A stretch of 64,000 nucleotides of DNA, taken from the NCBI GenBank assembly GCA_012295275.1, contig CM022677.1, positions 24,490,001-24,554,000 on the forward strand, in the 5' to 3' direction. The stretch is from Chrysomallon squamiferum. Its lineage: Eukaryota > Animalia > Mollusca. This document shows, one piece after another, positions 25,201 through 39,084 of the stretch (position 1 is its first letter; every line of letters starts with the position of its first letter). The position numbers were made by a program, and so were the translations under genes. Below the pieces are notes generated by a model. It had not been told where the DNA came from. It saw only the letters and a program-made list of their open reading frames with translations, and made no database searches.

Positions 25201-27967
25201 AATAGTATTAAACAAGTTATTTTAGTAAATACTGATATTTATTATATCAGAAGAAACATTTATGATATAGAACAATTCTTCAGATTAATCATGACATTAG
25301 TTTTTTTTATGTGAACAATGCGTAATTTTTTTATCACCATTGTTATTATTATTATATGGAGTCATTTTCACAAGTTTGGGACACTATGTCAGTAGTTCTA
25401 ACTAAACACACAATATACACTGTGCATTTTCCTCTTTATATAATTATCAATATTTTCCACAAATATTTAAACCAGTTTTGATTTGACAATAAACAGATAA
25501 CCAGAATGTTCTGTGGGTTATGTTTTCAGTTTTATTATTACACATAATATGATCATGGTTGGCATAGTTGCATAAAACTTGGTAAACATCCAACATTTCA
25601 CTGTTGCTAAATTAAAGTACTTAATTATACAGACAATTAAATTTGTAAAAGTAAAAAAAAAGTAAAAAAAAAAACCAAACCCATAAATTTAACATGTCAG
25701 TAAAAGTTCTGTTCACATTTCTCCCACACCAGTATTTTAGAACAAAATATTTTTTCAGAAACCGTGCTTGAAAAATGGCATACAGCCCAGTTATACTGTG
25801 CAATAGTCTGCTTTCTACCCTAGCCAGTTCTAATTCTAGAATGACTGGCGTTGTTTATTTTTTTATCATTTTAAATGGGTAACACATCCACACTTGGACA
25901 GTCTTGGTTATCACTGATCAGCACTTCACCTGTGAGATTCATAAAAATTCTGAATCTGATTTTAAAAACATTTCTGTTGATATTTCGAGTGTTATCCATA
26001 TTAGAAACAGACAACTGTTAAACAAATCATTATTAAAGATAAATGAGGTGGACCAGCTACAGTATATAATTTGTTGACAGTAAGGGAATTTCTAGACTTT
26101 TTCACTGGTAAATGTATATAAACAATTCTGATCAATACAATACTATCCATCCAACAGCTTTAAAGCCCTTGTGAAGTAAACACTGCACTATGCCATTACA
26201 TATGCCTGCTGATAACATGGAGTGGTATTTATAGTTGTTCTAAATTAATGCACACAGCATGTTAATGTGGATAACAGATGGGGCACATTCCTGAGTAATG
26301 AGTATCTTCAGAAATGAAACTGCTATTATTACTTGTTGGGTTACCTTTTTCTATTATTATGAATGGTTTCTTGATGTACACTTTATAACAAAAAATAATA
26401 TTGTCAGAGGCAAATAGAGAGAGACATGAGTGAATTATAGAGATGAAGAGTCAGAGAAGACAAAAAAAAGAGTTAAGGAGGCCAGATATGAATGGATGTT
26501 CAGCAAACAGTATCACAGCTATTTGGCACCATAAAACAATATATTAAAACGCCATACCAATCCATATGGCATTGCAAAAATAGGTATGACAGTGACCAAA
26601 GTGTGTGTGTGTGTAGGTATGTGTGCATGTGAGAGAGAGAGATGAGCAAGTGGAACATGCAGCAGACATTGTCAATCAAATGTTTGCAAAAGAAAACAGG
26701 AAAATTATTTCATAAAAATATATTATGATGTTTATGATTGTTAGGCAGGTAGCTTCTAGACATGAAGTTTAATAATTTGTCATAAATGTCAAACAGAGGG
26801 AAATGGCATTTTTCAGCTATATTAAATAATGTTATAAGATGATAAATGAACTAAACACAGAGCTGACAACTTAAAATAAAAATGATCTTGCTTCTTACAG
26901 TTTCATATTAAGAGATAACGTAAGAAGTCAATACATTTACTTACAGTTTAAAGCACAGTATCTATCAGTATATAACAATATGTTTATGTAAAATTAAAAG
27001 TTACCTAACTAAACAGTGTGTTTCTGATGATGCTTAATATATTTGGGAAAAGATTATAAATCAATTATTTTTATGAAGGGCTGAAGGTACATTGCACAAC
27101 TATAGCAAAATCATGAAGAATTAAATATAGTGATTTATTAAAATAAAAAACAGGAAGTGATGTGTACATGATAATGTTCCTAACAGTGTTTGTGTGTGTG
27201 TGTGTTATGTGAATTTAACTTTTTTTTTTTTTTAAATGGAGGAAATCTATGCAGGATATTCAGAAACATAATTTATATGACATATAGTGACACACATACA
27301 CAAACTTTAGAGCTATAAAATATAATTTGATATATGTGTCCTAGAGCAATACTTTTAAAACTAGAATGTGTGTAGAAAAGGTTTGGAATAAAGTGTGAAA
27401 GTTAAGTGAAACTGAAACTGTTTATAAAAAACAGTCTTAAAACTTCATGTCAAAACACTATTACTATTAGTAGTACTATTATTAAAATATCAACTTCACT
27501 TAATACTGCCAGTCCTACATGTAAAACGACGACTACTTCTACTCATTGTAAGTAACAGTATTATGACTCACTACCAATACCGTTAATAAAAAAAAAACTA
27601 TATAAAACTAAAAATAAATACATGTAATGATCATGTATTACGTCTTTTCTGCTAATAATACTATCTCGACTGTTATTATCTTTATATTAATAGAACTAAT
27701 AAAATCCTGAAACTAGTACTAATATCTTTAGTGCTGCTAATATCATGACTTCAAGTTACTACTGTTGTCTATACCTTTGCTAGAGATAGCTTTCTTCTTT
27801 TTTTCTTTTTTTTTTTTAAATATTTTTCGTCAACCACAATTATTACTTTACGTGTACCACCACAACTACTACTACTATACTGATGTTATTTATCTAACAC
27901 ATCTATAGCAAACTTTCCATTCATAAAACATACTGGTGACTACTGAAGTTTAAACTCATTCACTTAC

Positions 27968-28400
27968 GACGAAAAGAAACAAAAGACTAATGCAATAAAA
28001 TGGCGGCGCACTGAGATTTTGAGTTAAGTAAAATTAAAGTATTGATCGTAGATGCGCCATGTTAAATGGGTTAATATTCAAACAAATAAACAAACAAATA
28101 AACAAAAATAAAAACAATATGTTAATCAAACAATTTGAATTTGCCTTGATTACTTGGTATTCGGACTGCAAACATTTCTTTCGTTTCATTTTTGTTCATT
28201 TTCGTCTCCAAAGCAGCCGACACAAAATGCACTCGGCAAGAGGTGAACGACCTGCTCATCACCGAATTCTCACGTGACCGATTTCTCGAGGAAACAAAAA
28301 CAACACGTGACGATTCATTTAGTGAATAAAATTTAGATACTGATGAAGGCAGGCATTCGGTCAGTTGTGACGTAGATGTGGACGGCAATGGACGATATAT
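27968..28400 (-). promoter_or_regulatory. CpG-enriched housekeeping-type promoter with a candidate minus-strand non-coding first exon
   Basis: YY1-like AAATGGCGG (27998) and GCGCCATGTT (28054), two CACGTGAC E-boxes (28271, 28304) and TGACGTA (28368). Minus-strand donor GTC|GTAAGT at 27967. Confidence 0.45.
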
Positions 28401-28643
28401 AGCTCTTTTTTTTTTTTTTTTTTTGACTTCTTATCGCTGTTGTTTCTAGAAATTTCGTCACTGGCTAAAATTAGAGAAGTAGCTTGGACAAGCATAATAT
28501 AACTATTTTCATATATTTGACTGAATTTTTTTTTTTATTTTTTTTATTTATTTATTTATCATCATAATTAACCCGTTATTATTATTATTACTGACGATCC
28601 TGAACTAATTTGGAATAATCAAGAAAATTAGTTATAACAAGTG

Positions 28644-28678
<35 letters not shown>

Positions 28679-28872
28679 AAGAAATAGCAAGAAAGACGTG
28701 TGTGTGTGTGTGTGTATATAAATATAATGTCTATAATACGCGATGCATAGCTATAACCGCTAAGAGCGAGAGAGAGAGAGAGAGAATGAGTATGTGGTGT
28801 GTAATGTGTGTTGACAAAAATAAACTGAATTTGCCACCCGTCGTTAACAAAAGCCCGCTTCGGGAAATTCCC

Positions 28873-28928
<56 letters not shown>

Positions 28929-30139
28929 CATACATACATACATATATATATGTGTGTGTATATATATATATATATACACACCCACACACACACACACACA
29001 CATATATATGTATATATAAAGATGATCATTATATAATATAATAAATAAATAAATAAATAAATAAAGCAACAACAACAGTAGCAACATGAACTAATTTGAA
29101 TTATCAAGCAATACATCATTATTTAGTTAAAATAACATTTTGAAAAGTAAGCAAATGGAAAGCAACCAGAAAATAACTATAGTTTGTATTGATTCATTCT
29201 CTATACTTTTTTCTTTTTACATACCCTTCCTTTTGATATTGGTTTTCCTGATAACACAAATCAAAAAGTGTTATAAAGTCACTAAATTATTACGTCATTA
29301 CGCTCTGATGTTTATCAAATTAATTTATTATGACGTAAGTTATAATGCAAAGATAATTAGTCTACCTAAGTTGCAATTTCAATCATTGTTTCTAATATTG
29401 TTTTAATTTATAATAACGGGTATCATCATCGTCGTTATTATGATTATTATTACTGTTGTTGTTGTTGTTGTTGTTATTATTGTAATAAAACACACTTATT
29501 AGTTGTTTCGTTAATTAATATTTGTTGTGTAAATTCCGAAAATAATTTTATCCTGATTCATTCAAGATAAGACAGTTAATAAATATTGCTAATCATTTAT
29601 TTATTTTATTCTATACAAAGAAGGGGCCGGTCCAAACTGTGGGGTGAGGGAGAATCTTCATTTCATTCAACTTCATGAAAAGTTTGCTTTATTCATTTCA
29701 ACATCCATAAAAAAAGAAGAAGAAAATAAAAATAAATAAAGAAAGAAGAAGATAAGACCCCTATAATTATTATTATATTTACATATTCGTATTTATAGAT
29801 AATGAAACTTTACTTGCAGTAGACACTAATAATTAAAGGATTATGTAACTTGATAAATTAGGATATAGATAACATTTAATTACTAGATTTGTATTATTTG
29901 TTGCTCTTCCTTGTTATATTCAAATAAATAAAATATTTTTTTTTTTTCTTCTTTTTTTTTCCCTTGATAAGTATCGAATAAGGAGTTTAATGTTGTTTTT
30001 GTTTTTCATATTGCTGTTATTATTTTTGTTATGGTTACCTTTTAGCTTTGTTGTTGTTGTTCTCCTTCTTATTAGTTGTTGTTATGATTACTATTATCAT
30101 TATTATCTTTGTTATCAATATCATTATTACCATTACTGA

Positions 30140-30187
<48 letters not shown>

Positions 30188-30809
30188 AAGTATTATTAAT
30201 ATTATTATCCATATATCACAACAAACAGAACCTCTGGTACTTATCCTAATTTACATAGGTGCTTGACATCATTCCCGATTGATTTTTTTTTTTTGTAGGA
30301 ATAGTATCCTAGCAACGAACATGCAGTACAATGAGGTCAATCCATAAACAGCAAGCAAGAAAAATAAGCAGGTCATATGACCTTACCAAGGAATGAGGCA
30401 TTTGGTGTAGTCTAATTATCGATTGGCTACATGCTTCTTCGGTCGACGACCGTTTTGGTTATTTTTCCCTGTGTGAGGTCATGGCTATCTCATTTAAATC
30501 AAGAGGGATGTCAGGTTGCTCGTATATTCATTAGTGTTTACAAGTATATAACCGCAAACAAAATATTATGAATTCAAGAGAATAGCCTACTACAACGAAA
30601 GAAACAAACAAAGACACAAATAAAAAACGAACAAATAAATAAATAAATAAATAAATAAATAAATAGAGTAACACCAACTTCCTAATACATAATATAATGG
30701 CATTGACATAAATAAACACAATAAAAATAACAAGTTAAGAACAACAAAAAAAAAAAAAAAAAAAAAAAAAAATGAAATCAAGAAAAAGAAAACAGAAACA
30801 TTGTAGACA

Positions 30810-30857
<48 letters not shown>

Positions 30858-31053
30858 ATGTATGTATGTATATATAATGTCTCCTACTCGTTACAACTGT
30901 TAATTGTGGGTTAGAAGTAGTCTTACACACACATACAAACACACACACACACACACAACACAAATATAAACATTAATCCATTTCCGAACCTCCATGCAAA
31001 TATCGCTACTACTACCACACAAGTAACAAAAGTGATACAACTGCACCTTCATG

Positions 31054-31089
<36 letters not shown>

Positions 31090-31279
31090 ATAATAACAAT
31101 ACAAAGAAGAAGAAGAACAAAAAGAGGAAGAAGGAGCAGGAGGAGGAAACCCCCCGTAAAAAAAAAAAAAAAGTAAGAAAACAAAACAAATGACAATAAC
31201 AAGAAAATAAATAAAAAGTTATAGTACTTGTAGCAACAGCAGCAGTAGTAGTAGTGGTTGTTATAGTGGAGTAGTAGTA

Positions 31280-31311
<32 letters not shown>

Positions 31312-31573
31312 AAAAACAAAAATGAAGAAGAAAATAAACACTGCGCGTGCGCGTTCTTATGTGCTTATTTGAAACAGAGGTATAGCTATTTACTGGATGT
31401 TTATTTATTTATTTATTTATTTATTATTCACGGCCACATACATATTAAAACAGGCATATTAAATCAGACTTATATTCTTTTTGTTATTTTCTTCGGAAAA
31501 AAAAATAAATAAAAGTAAGATGAAGAAGAAGCAGAAAAAAGAATAAGGAAGAAAGAGCAACAAAAAACAAACA

Positions 31574-31607
<34 letters not shown>

Positions 31608-31689
31608 ACGAACAAATCTGAATTATTTTAATTGTTCATTTGGAATTTGACTCCAAATGCGTCAGGTTGCACCACCCCGTAAATCAGTG

Positions 31690-32263
31690 AAATGATCTCG
31701 TCCGGGAAAACCTACGAAACTGATCGATTATTAATGTATTCAATTTTATTAAAGTTACGCAATGCGCATGAACAACGCTAACACGTTGCCAAAGTCAAAA
31801 ATAATATTATCCGGTCAACACTCCGATTTACATTCTTTGTATTCACAATTTAACTCTTTTTAAGCATATTGAACAGAAGTGTATCTCACAATTTGATACC
31901 GGCAAGTTCACCGACCTGCCTTAGTTTTTGAAATGATGTCCAAATAATAGAAATCGTTAATAAACCGATTGAATTGATAGAACAGAATACGTCAAACGGT
32001 AAAGGCGTTTTAGTGAATAGCGAGACATGGGGAATCCCATCCTACGTCATACTTTATTGAGGCCGTGTTTGCCCTTCACGAAGGTCAATCGGATGTCCCC
32101 GACTACGTGCGAAACGAGACGAGAAAACCGGGTTTCGTCGAGTCGGCGCAGTGGCCTGAATCTTGGTTATATTTAACCGTGTCTCTCCAGTCCGACAGAA
32201 AGATTTCGATTCGTTCTCTGGAATATATCTACCTTAGAAAGACATTTTGAAAGACTTTTCAAG
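31690..32263 (+). promoter_or_regulatory. Promoter and non-coding exon 1 of the second NDUFA4/NMES1-family gene
   Basis: GGGGAATCCC at 32029, TACGTCA at 32043, AAGGTCA at 32081, TACGTGC at 32104, TATA-like TATATTTAA at 32168 and donor AAG|GTACGA at 32264. Confidence 0.65.
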
Positions 32264-34217
32264 GTACGAGTTTAATAATATTTTCTAAAAAATTTATTTT
32301 TAAACATTTAAATAATAATTTTTATTTTTATTCTTCTCTCTCATTTTTCTCACATTCCATTCCTTTGAATGTATACTTCCTTGTTATAATAGATATACAA
32401 ATTTTTTTTTTTTTCCTCTGATTATCAAGTAATCTATAATAATGTATTATATTTTTAATTGTGACTTACCTTTGTTTATTTATTTTGTTATTTTTAGAAA
32501 AAATATATATATTTTTTATTTCTTTTTGTCTTTGTATATGGGATGGGCAATGAACAGTTATTTTGCTGAAAGCCTGCGTGGTTTATTAAGCGCCATGCGC
32601 ATGCCCGTCTAATTTTTCTCTCTACTTTTTCACATATATTTCAGTTTTAATATTACAAAATCTTTGTTTTTTTTTTTTTGTTAGACATAAGATATTGTAA
32701 TTTTATCTTAATTACTTTAAAATTAAAATAGCTGACACAATATTTAATTTTTTATTATTATTATTTTTTTTAAATCTGATTATAACTGAATTTAGTTACT
32801 TGTCAGAGATTATCAAGTCATGAGTTTAATTATTATGACATTGTGTGTGCGTGGCTCTTCAGCTACGTGCAGAAAGAACACGCGTTGGTCGGTGCGGTCA
32901 TTTGTGAACGTGCGACTGAAAGTGCGCATGTGCGTGGTATTATTAGGTATTAGTAATGAAATTAACTAAGCTAGGGAGGATATAATGATTTTTTTTTTTT
33001 TTTTCTTTTTTTTTAAAAGGAAAGTCAACAAAAACATTGCAATTAATTAATTAGTTTATTAATTAATTAACTAAGCAGAAATATTTCAAGGTGACTTATT
33101 GGCAATTATTAATGGTTTAATTGTCAGTTCTTTCTATTTTATTTATTTATTTACTTATTTATTTATTCATAAAAAAGGAAGACAAAAGAAATATTAATAC
33201 TTTATAATAACAGAAGTATTTAAAAAGTAAACAATTAAAAAAATAAAAATTTTTTTAATGTATTTATTTCATTACTCTCACGTCTACAAAAGTTTACTAC
33301 AGTTATCCTTTTCACTCATATCGATTTTTTTATTTGATTTTTTTCCCATCGTTGTCTTTGGCAGACGTCTCGGGGCCTGTATAACATTCGCTATTTGTGT
33401 CTCACAGCGTAAAACAAAACCTTCTTCGTGTTTTTCTTCGGATAAAACGTGACTTCCTTCGCAATCGGTATTTTTATTGCCACTGCCAACACGAATCGAA
33501 CAAAACATTTTAATTTTATGCAGAGATGATGCAATATTACAGGATATGACCTTCACATTGGTAGTGTCAAAAGTGATTCAAGGAACGATAACTGCTATGG
33601 GAATCACAGCTATAGTTCCCCGTTTAAAAACTATCGATACAACTGGCTGTTGTAGTTGTTGTTATCGCCCACATTGTCTGGTGTTAACAGCATTTGAGAT
33701 AGTTACAACGTCAGTGACTTCGTTCTCATGTCGCATTTGTAATCAGAACCAATTAATGTACGAAATAATTTGAAAATAATTATAATAATAGTATCGGATT
33801 TAATAAATATCACCATAAAAATAAAATTCTGTAACTTGACTCTACTAATAAAAAGGCATATTTATACAGTAAAGAATATACTACTACTACTACTACTACT
33901 AATAACATGCAGCTTTAACGAGAAAAAAAAAAAGTTAAAATTAAGTCGACTGTGATGACGTCAGTATCTACGTAGATGCTATCAGCAAAACGTCCTGTTA
34001 ACATTTCCGTGAAAGAAATGCGTGACTTATTTGTTTAGTTACTCCGTCGTGTTTGTTTGAACCAGTGACCTCTGCAAGCTCTAAATAACAGACGTTTCCA
34101 ATTTCATAACCCTTTTCCTGCCCCCCCCCCAAAGCAGATACTCTTTGGTTATTATTATTATTATTATGTTATTTAATTTATTTATTTATTTTTTATTATT
34201 ATTTTTTTTTTTTTCAG

Positions 34218-34699
34218 ATGATCGATTCAAACAAACCCTTCTTTGTAAGGACAATAATGTCTAGAACTGAGGTGAGTGTTAAATAAAACTAGCAACAAAT
34301 CTACTGTTATTATTTCAGTGTCTGTTCATTCCTTTAAATAGTTTTAACTAAGCACAGGACCATTTATAATCTAGCGCACATTTCCAGCTCTCCCGCGCTC
34401 AAATAGAATTTGTCGTCTGCTTTACATCCGGGTTATTTAGAGTGACCGAAATAACCTCTAATCCAAAGTCGTAAGGTGAGAGGCGTGGACAATGGAATGA
34501 ATTGACCTGAATAAAACGACTGGAAAAGAAATTACAATAAATCAAGTTCTTTTGACGTTAGCTAAGGGACACAACTCAAAACCGTTGGTTATTCGAATTT
34601 TTCTGAAAATGAAGAATATGCCCAGACAAGATGATTGATTATTTTTAATGTGAATTGATTTACCATGAAGCAAAACAGATAAAATATGCAGTTATTTTT

Positions 34700-34790
<91 letters not shown>

Positions 34791-34869
34791 AGAAAATGTA
34801 TCAGTATTTCTTCTTTGATTTTGTATTACTACTATTATTGTAGTCGTTGCTGTTGTTGTAGATATTAAG

Positions 34870-34911
<42 letters not shown>

Positions 34912-35020
34912 TCAGTTGGTTCCTACAGTTGCCTTTCTCAGTTTGGCGTTGTCATTTGCAGCTGGATCTATACTTTATGGTCTCTACATTAAAAATGATG
35001 TCAGGTGAGTACTGCCAACA

Positions 35021-35114
<94 letters not shown>

Positions 35115-35692
35115 ATTCTACATATTTATTGTTTTATTTTTATGTTTTGACATGACTGTTTCATTTGTTTATTTATTTATTTATTTATTCATTCATTCAT
35201 TAATTTCTTCTTTCATTTATTTATTTCAGAATTGATAAAAGAAAAGAACTGCCACCATGGGAACAGGCTGATGCTAAGGAAGACAAAAAGGTACACACAT
35301 ATATATTATATATATTAATAAACAACATATGTGTGTTTGTGTGCAGGTGTGTGTGTGTGTGTGTGTGTGTGTGTCTGCATGCTAGGAAATATGTTTATAA
35401 ACACACAGATGAGCTCTCATGTGTAAAATAAAAACAAATAACAGCCAAACAAAATATTTCTAATGCTAAATGACATACTGAAATTATATATTTACTTATT
35501 AATTTATGCTAATAATAATAGCAACAGTCATACTGTTATATTAGTAGTAGCAGTAATAGTATAATTAATAATAATAATAAATAATCTATATTTTTCTTTT
35601 CTTTCAAACAGCTTCTGAATTTTGGACAACAATACAGAGAAATCCCAGAACTGGAAGCCCTGAAAAAAGAAATAGGAAGCTACAAATTTTAA
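34218..35692 (+). CDS. NMES1-like: NMES1/C15orf48-like (NDUFA4 family) mitochondrial microprotein, paralogue 2, 94 aa
   Basis: Exons 34218-34271, 34916-35004, 35230-35290, 35612-35692, phases 0/2/0, with an 89-nt exon 2 as in paralogue 1. Protein: MIDSNKPFFVRTIMSRTE|LVPTVAFLSLALSFAAGSILYGLYIKNDVR|IDKRKELPPWEQADAKEDKK|LLNFGQQYREIPELEALKKEIGSYKF. Resembles NMES1 motifs ELIPL...KTDV.LDRKK.P.PWE...QKLI..NQQWKPIEEL. Confidence 0.9.
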
Positions 35693-36128
35693 ATGTGGAG
35701 AGTTTATTAGAAGGGAGACAACTCTGTTTCCATGCATGACTGGATGAATGATTTATCAAAAAACAAAAACAGAAAAAAAAAAAAAAGAAAAAACATTTAA
35801 TAATTTAAGGAGAAAAAGTAATGTGATACAGAAAACATAGATCATCACTGTTTTGGATTTCGTTTTAATTGGTGATTTTTTATTACTAATATTATTTATT
35901 ATTATTACATCTTGGAAGTTTGTGAGATGAATAAAAAGAATAACATAAGACTATGTGAAAACATGGTGGCCAACGATATACGCATGGGAATTCCTTTTAC
36001 TATTGTTTTTGTGTGTATGTGTGTTCGAACAATTCGTTGGATTATATATATATAACGTATCATATTTAAGAATTTTTCTTCATTATTATTTTTATTATTA
36101 TTATCGTGTTACAGAAACCACTGGAATA

Positions 36129-36164
<36 letters not shown>

Positions 36165-36404
36165 AAAGAAAAATAAATGAATTAGTTTTTCATTTGTTTT
36201 CCCGGTGTTCTAAATGATTATAATTACATTTACTATAAAAATTTAATAAAATTTCCATATTCTTCAAATAACAGGTATATATCAGTTTTTCATATATAAA
36301 AAACATTAAATAAATAAACTAAAATGAAGGACAAAGAATAGAAAGCTAAATTATGCATATTTACTGGTAACAGGATATACTTCATGAGTTAAATTACTTA
36401 ATAA

Positions 36405-36451
<47 letters not shown>

Positions 36452-37036
36452 GAAAAACAATAATAAATGAAAAAGAAAAAGACGGAAATAACCACTGTTG
36501 TTAGTTATATCTAAAAATCGATATTGTTTGTAAATATTGAAGAATAAACAACTTTTGTAGAATAATTTGCGTTCATTATTTTGTTTAAAATTATAGCTGT
36601 TCATATTTAATATTATTTTAGATTAATTTTCAGATAGTATGTCATTCTTCAGTTTAGTCATTTGATCACATATATATATAAAATGTTGCAAACTAAAACT
36701 GTTTAATATATTATTATGACACTCAAACCAAGACCATAACAGTAAAAACATCAAATAACAACAACAGCAGCAGCAGCAACAACAATAGTAATAACAACAA
36801 CGTGTGTGTGTTATATTATTAATTTTCATTTAAATTAAAATCTTTGTTCTACCTTTATTTATTTATTTATTTTAAATTTATAAACATATATAGGCGTAAT
36901 AATTTTTGTAGATTTGTGATGTTGTACAAAGATGTGTTCAACAAATATAGAATTTATTGTGGTTGAAAAAAAGAGCGAAAAAAAAAAAATAATAAAATAA
37001 AAATAAAAATAATAAAAAAAAAAAAAATAAAAAATA

Positions 37037-37113
<77 letters not shown>

Positions 37114-37232
37114 TATTAAGTTGTGCCTGGTAGACATTTTGTCAAGAAATATAGAAAGCGTGCGAATATAACATAATTTAAGTACTTTTGATTCAAAGTT
37201 CTAAAATTAATGTATACTTAATCAGCTTAGAA

Positions 37233-37289
<57 letters not shown>

Positions 37290-37681
37290 AGATATGTTTA
37301 TATTATGTATGAGTGCGTGCGTGCATGTGTGTATGTATGTATGTATGTATGTATGTCTGTATGTCTATGTATGTATGTGTGTGTGTAATACTACTGCTAC
37401 TACTACTACTACTACTAAATCTTAATAATCATAATACTGATAAAGTAAATATAAATAAAAACACAAGTAAAGAAATAAAACAAAAACCCAGTAAAATAAA
37501 AAAAAAAAGCACAATAATTATAATAAATTAAAATTAGAATAGTTATATCCATTATCCTGCATAACAATTCATTAAATCCATTCTTTCCATTATTTTTGTT
37601 ATCGCCCGAAATAGGAAATCTTTCATCAGACGTCGAAGGAAAAAAAAAACAAATCGTCAACGTTTATATTAACAGAGTAAA

Positions 37682-37864
37682 CTGGGGCGGAGCCAGCGTT
37701 TCTGATGAGTGGGGGTCCATCACAAAAAGGACACCATATATTATTATGAAAATGTTTTGACAACGTAACTATTGAAAAATTGCACACGGTTCATATGGAC
37801 CATAATATAATAGTGCTACAACAGGGAGACCTATTCTACAGTGTTTTCTATACATTGACAGAAA

Positions 37865-37897
<33 letters not shown>

Positions 37898-37950
37898 TAT
37901 AAAACATCTAAAATTCATAAATAAAAATTTTGATGGGGGGGGGTCCGAAA
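37682..37950. mobile_element. Possible decayed non-autonomous DNA transposon fragment
   Basis: Starts CTGGGGCGGAGCCAG followed by GGGGGTCC tracts, a terminus style common in invertebrate hAT-like MITEs. No matching right TIR seen. Confidence 0.3.
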
Positions 37951-38726
37951 AACATCTAAAAATTCGGAAAAAACCACAAAAAAAATAGGTCACGTAACCA
38001 TGGCGACTAGACGTACTGTTAAAATGGAAGTCGGTCAGATACATGCGCCAGACGGGCCGATAACATGAGAATGTGAACTGGCTAACTTCTGAAAGAAATC
38101 TTCGTGATGAAACCTGTAATTTTATATTTGTGTTTATCCTCAAGGACGGATTACGTTACAGTTAGATAAATAAACTGTAGTTCTACAGCTCAAGCGATTG
38201 GCAACCTTGAAAGTCGCGCGTGAATGACTTTTTAGTTTGGCTTCAATGAAACTTGTGACAAAAAGTAACAAAGATACAAGGTTATTTTAGTTCTGGATGA
38301 ATAAACTTTTGATAGAGACTTCAGGGCTGCACGTAATTAGAACAGTTTAAAATGAACTGGTACGAGGTCCTCGTTTTCTTTTTAATGTAATAATGTAAAA
38401 TACTGTATATATAAAAAAAAAAAAAAAAAAAAAAAAAAAGGTAAATAAATAACAGGAACAGCAGCAACAAACCCCCAACACCCCAAAAAATCCACAACAA
38501 TAACAAAAAAACACCCATAAATTAAAAATAAATAAATAAATAAAACAATAAATAATATAAAATAAAATAATAAGCAAAATAAAAGACACAAAAAACAACA
38601 ACAAATATCAACAACAACAAAACAGTTTGACTAATGATTTAAAAGTAATTGTCAATTTTAAATAATAAACATTAGCAAATGAATTATTCAGCTTACTGGA
38701 AACTAATAACAACACATAAATACATA

Positions 38727-38757
<31 letters not shown>

Positions 38758-39018
38758 ATGAAATAACTGTAGATATACTAACCGTTACAGCTGTTAATCG
38801 ATGGAAGGCGAGTCTGACAAATATGGCTCAAAGAGTTACCTCCCTTCTTGCATCGAAATATATTTAAAGGATGCATTATTTTTCTCTACTTTATAAGCAC
38901 ATTAATCTAGTTTAATACAAAAACATATTTCCTGTTGTATGTTAACTGCGCTCTCACAACAGTGTTGCCTTCATTTCAAACTAGATTTTGTTAAATTAAA
39001 AAAAATAATAATAAAATA

Positions 39019-39084
<66 letters not shown>

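Noticed and set aside
25780-25810. Minus-strand TATTGCAC (miR-92 seed)
   Set aside because: No complementary star arm nearby.
28588-31319. Poly-I/Y/L/N and CVCV ORFs here and throughout the window
   Set aside because: They are translations of (AAT)n, (AT)n, (CA)n, (GA)n and (ATTT)n microsatellites.
32844-32866. TGTGCGTG resembling the miR-210/miR-147 seed
   Set aside because: Only partial identity and no proper pre-miRNA arm; better explained as HRE cores. No miR-147-like hairpin was seen in either 3' UTR.
33284-33773. Overlapping 90-98 aa ORFs in intron 1 of paralogue 2
   Set aside because: No recognisable motif or splice context.
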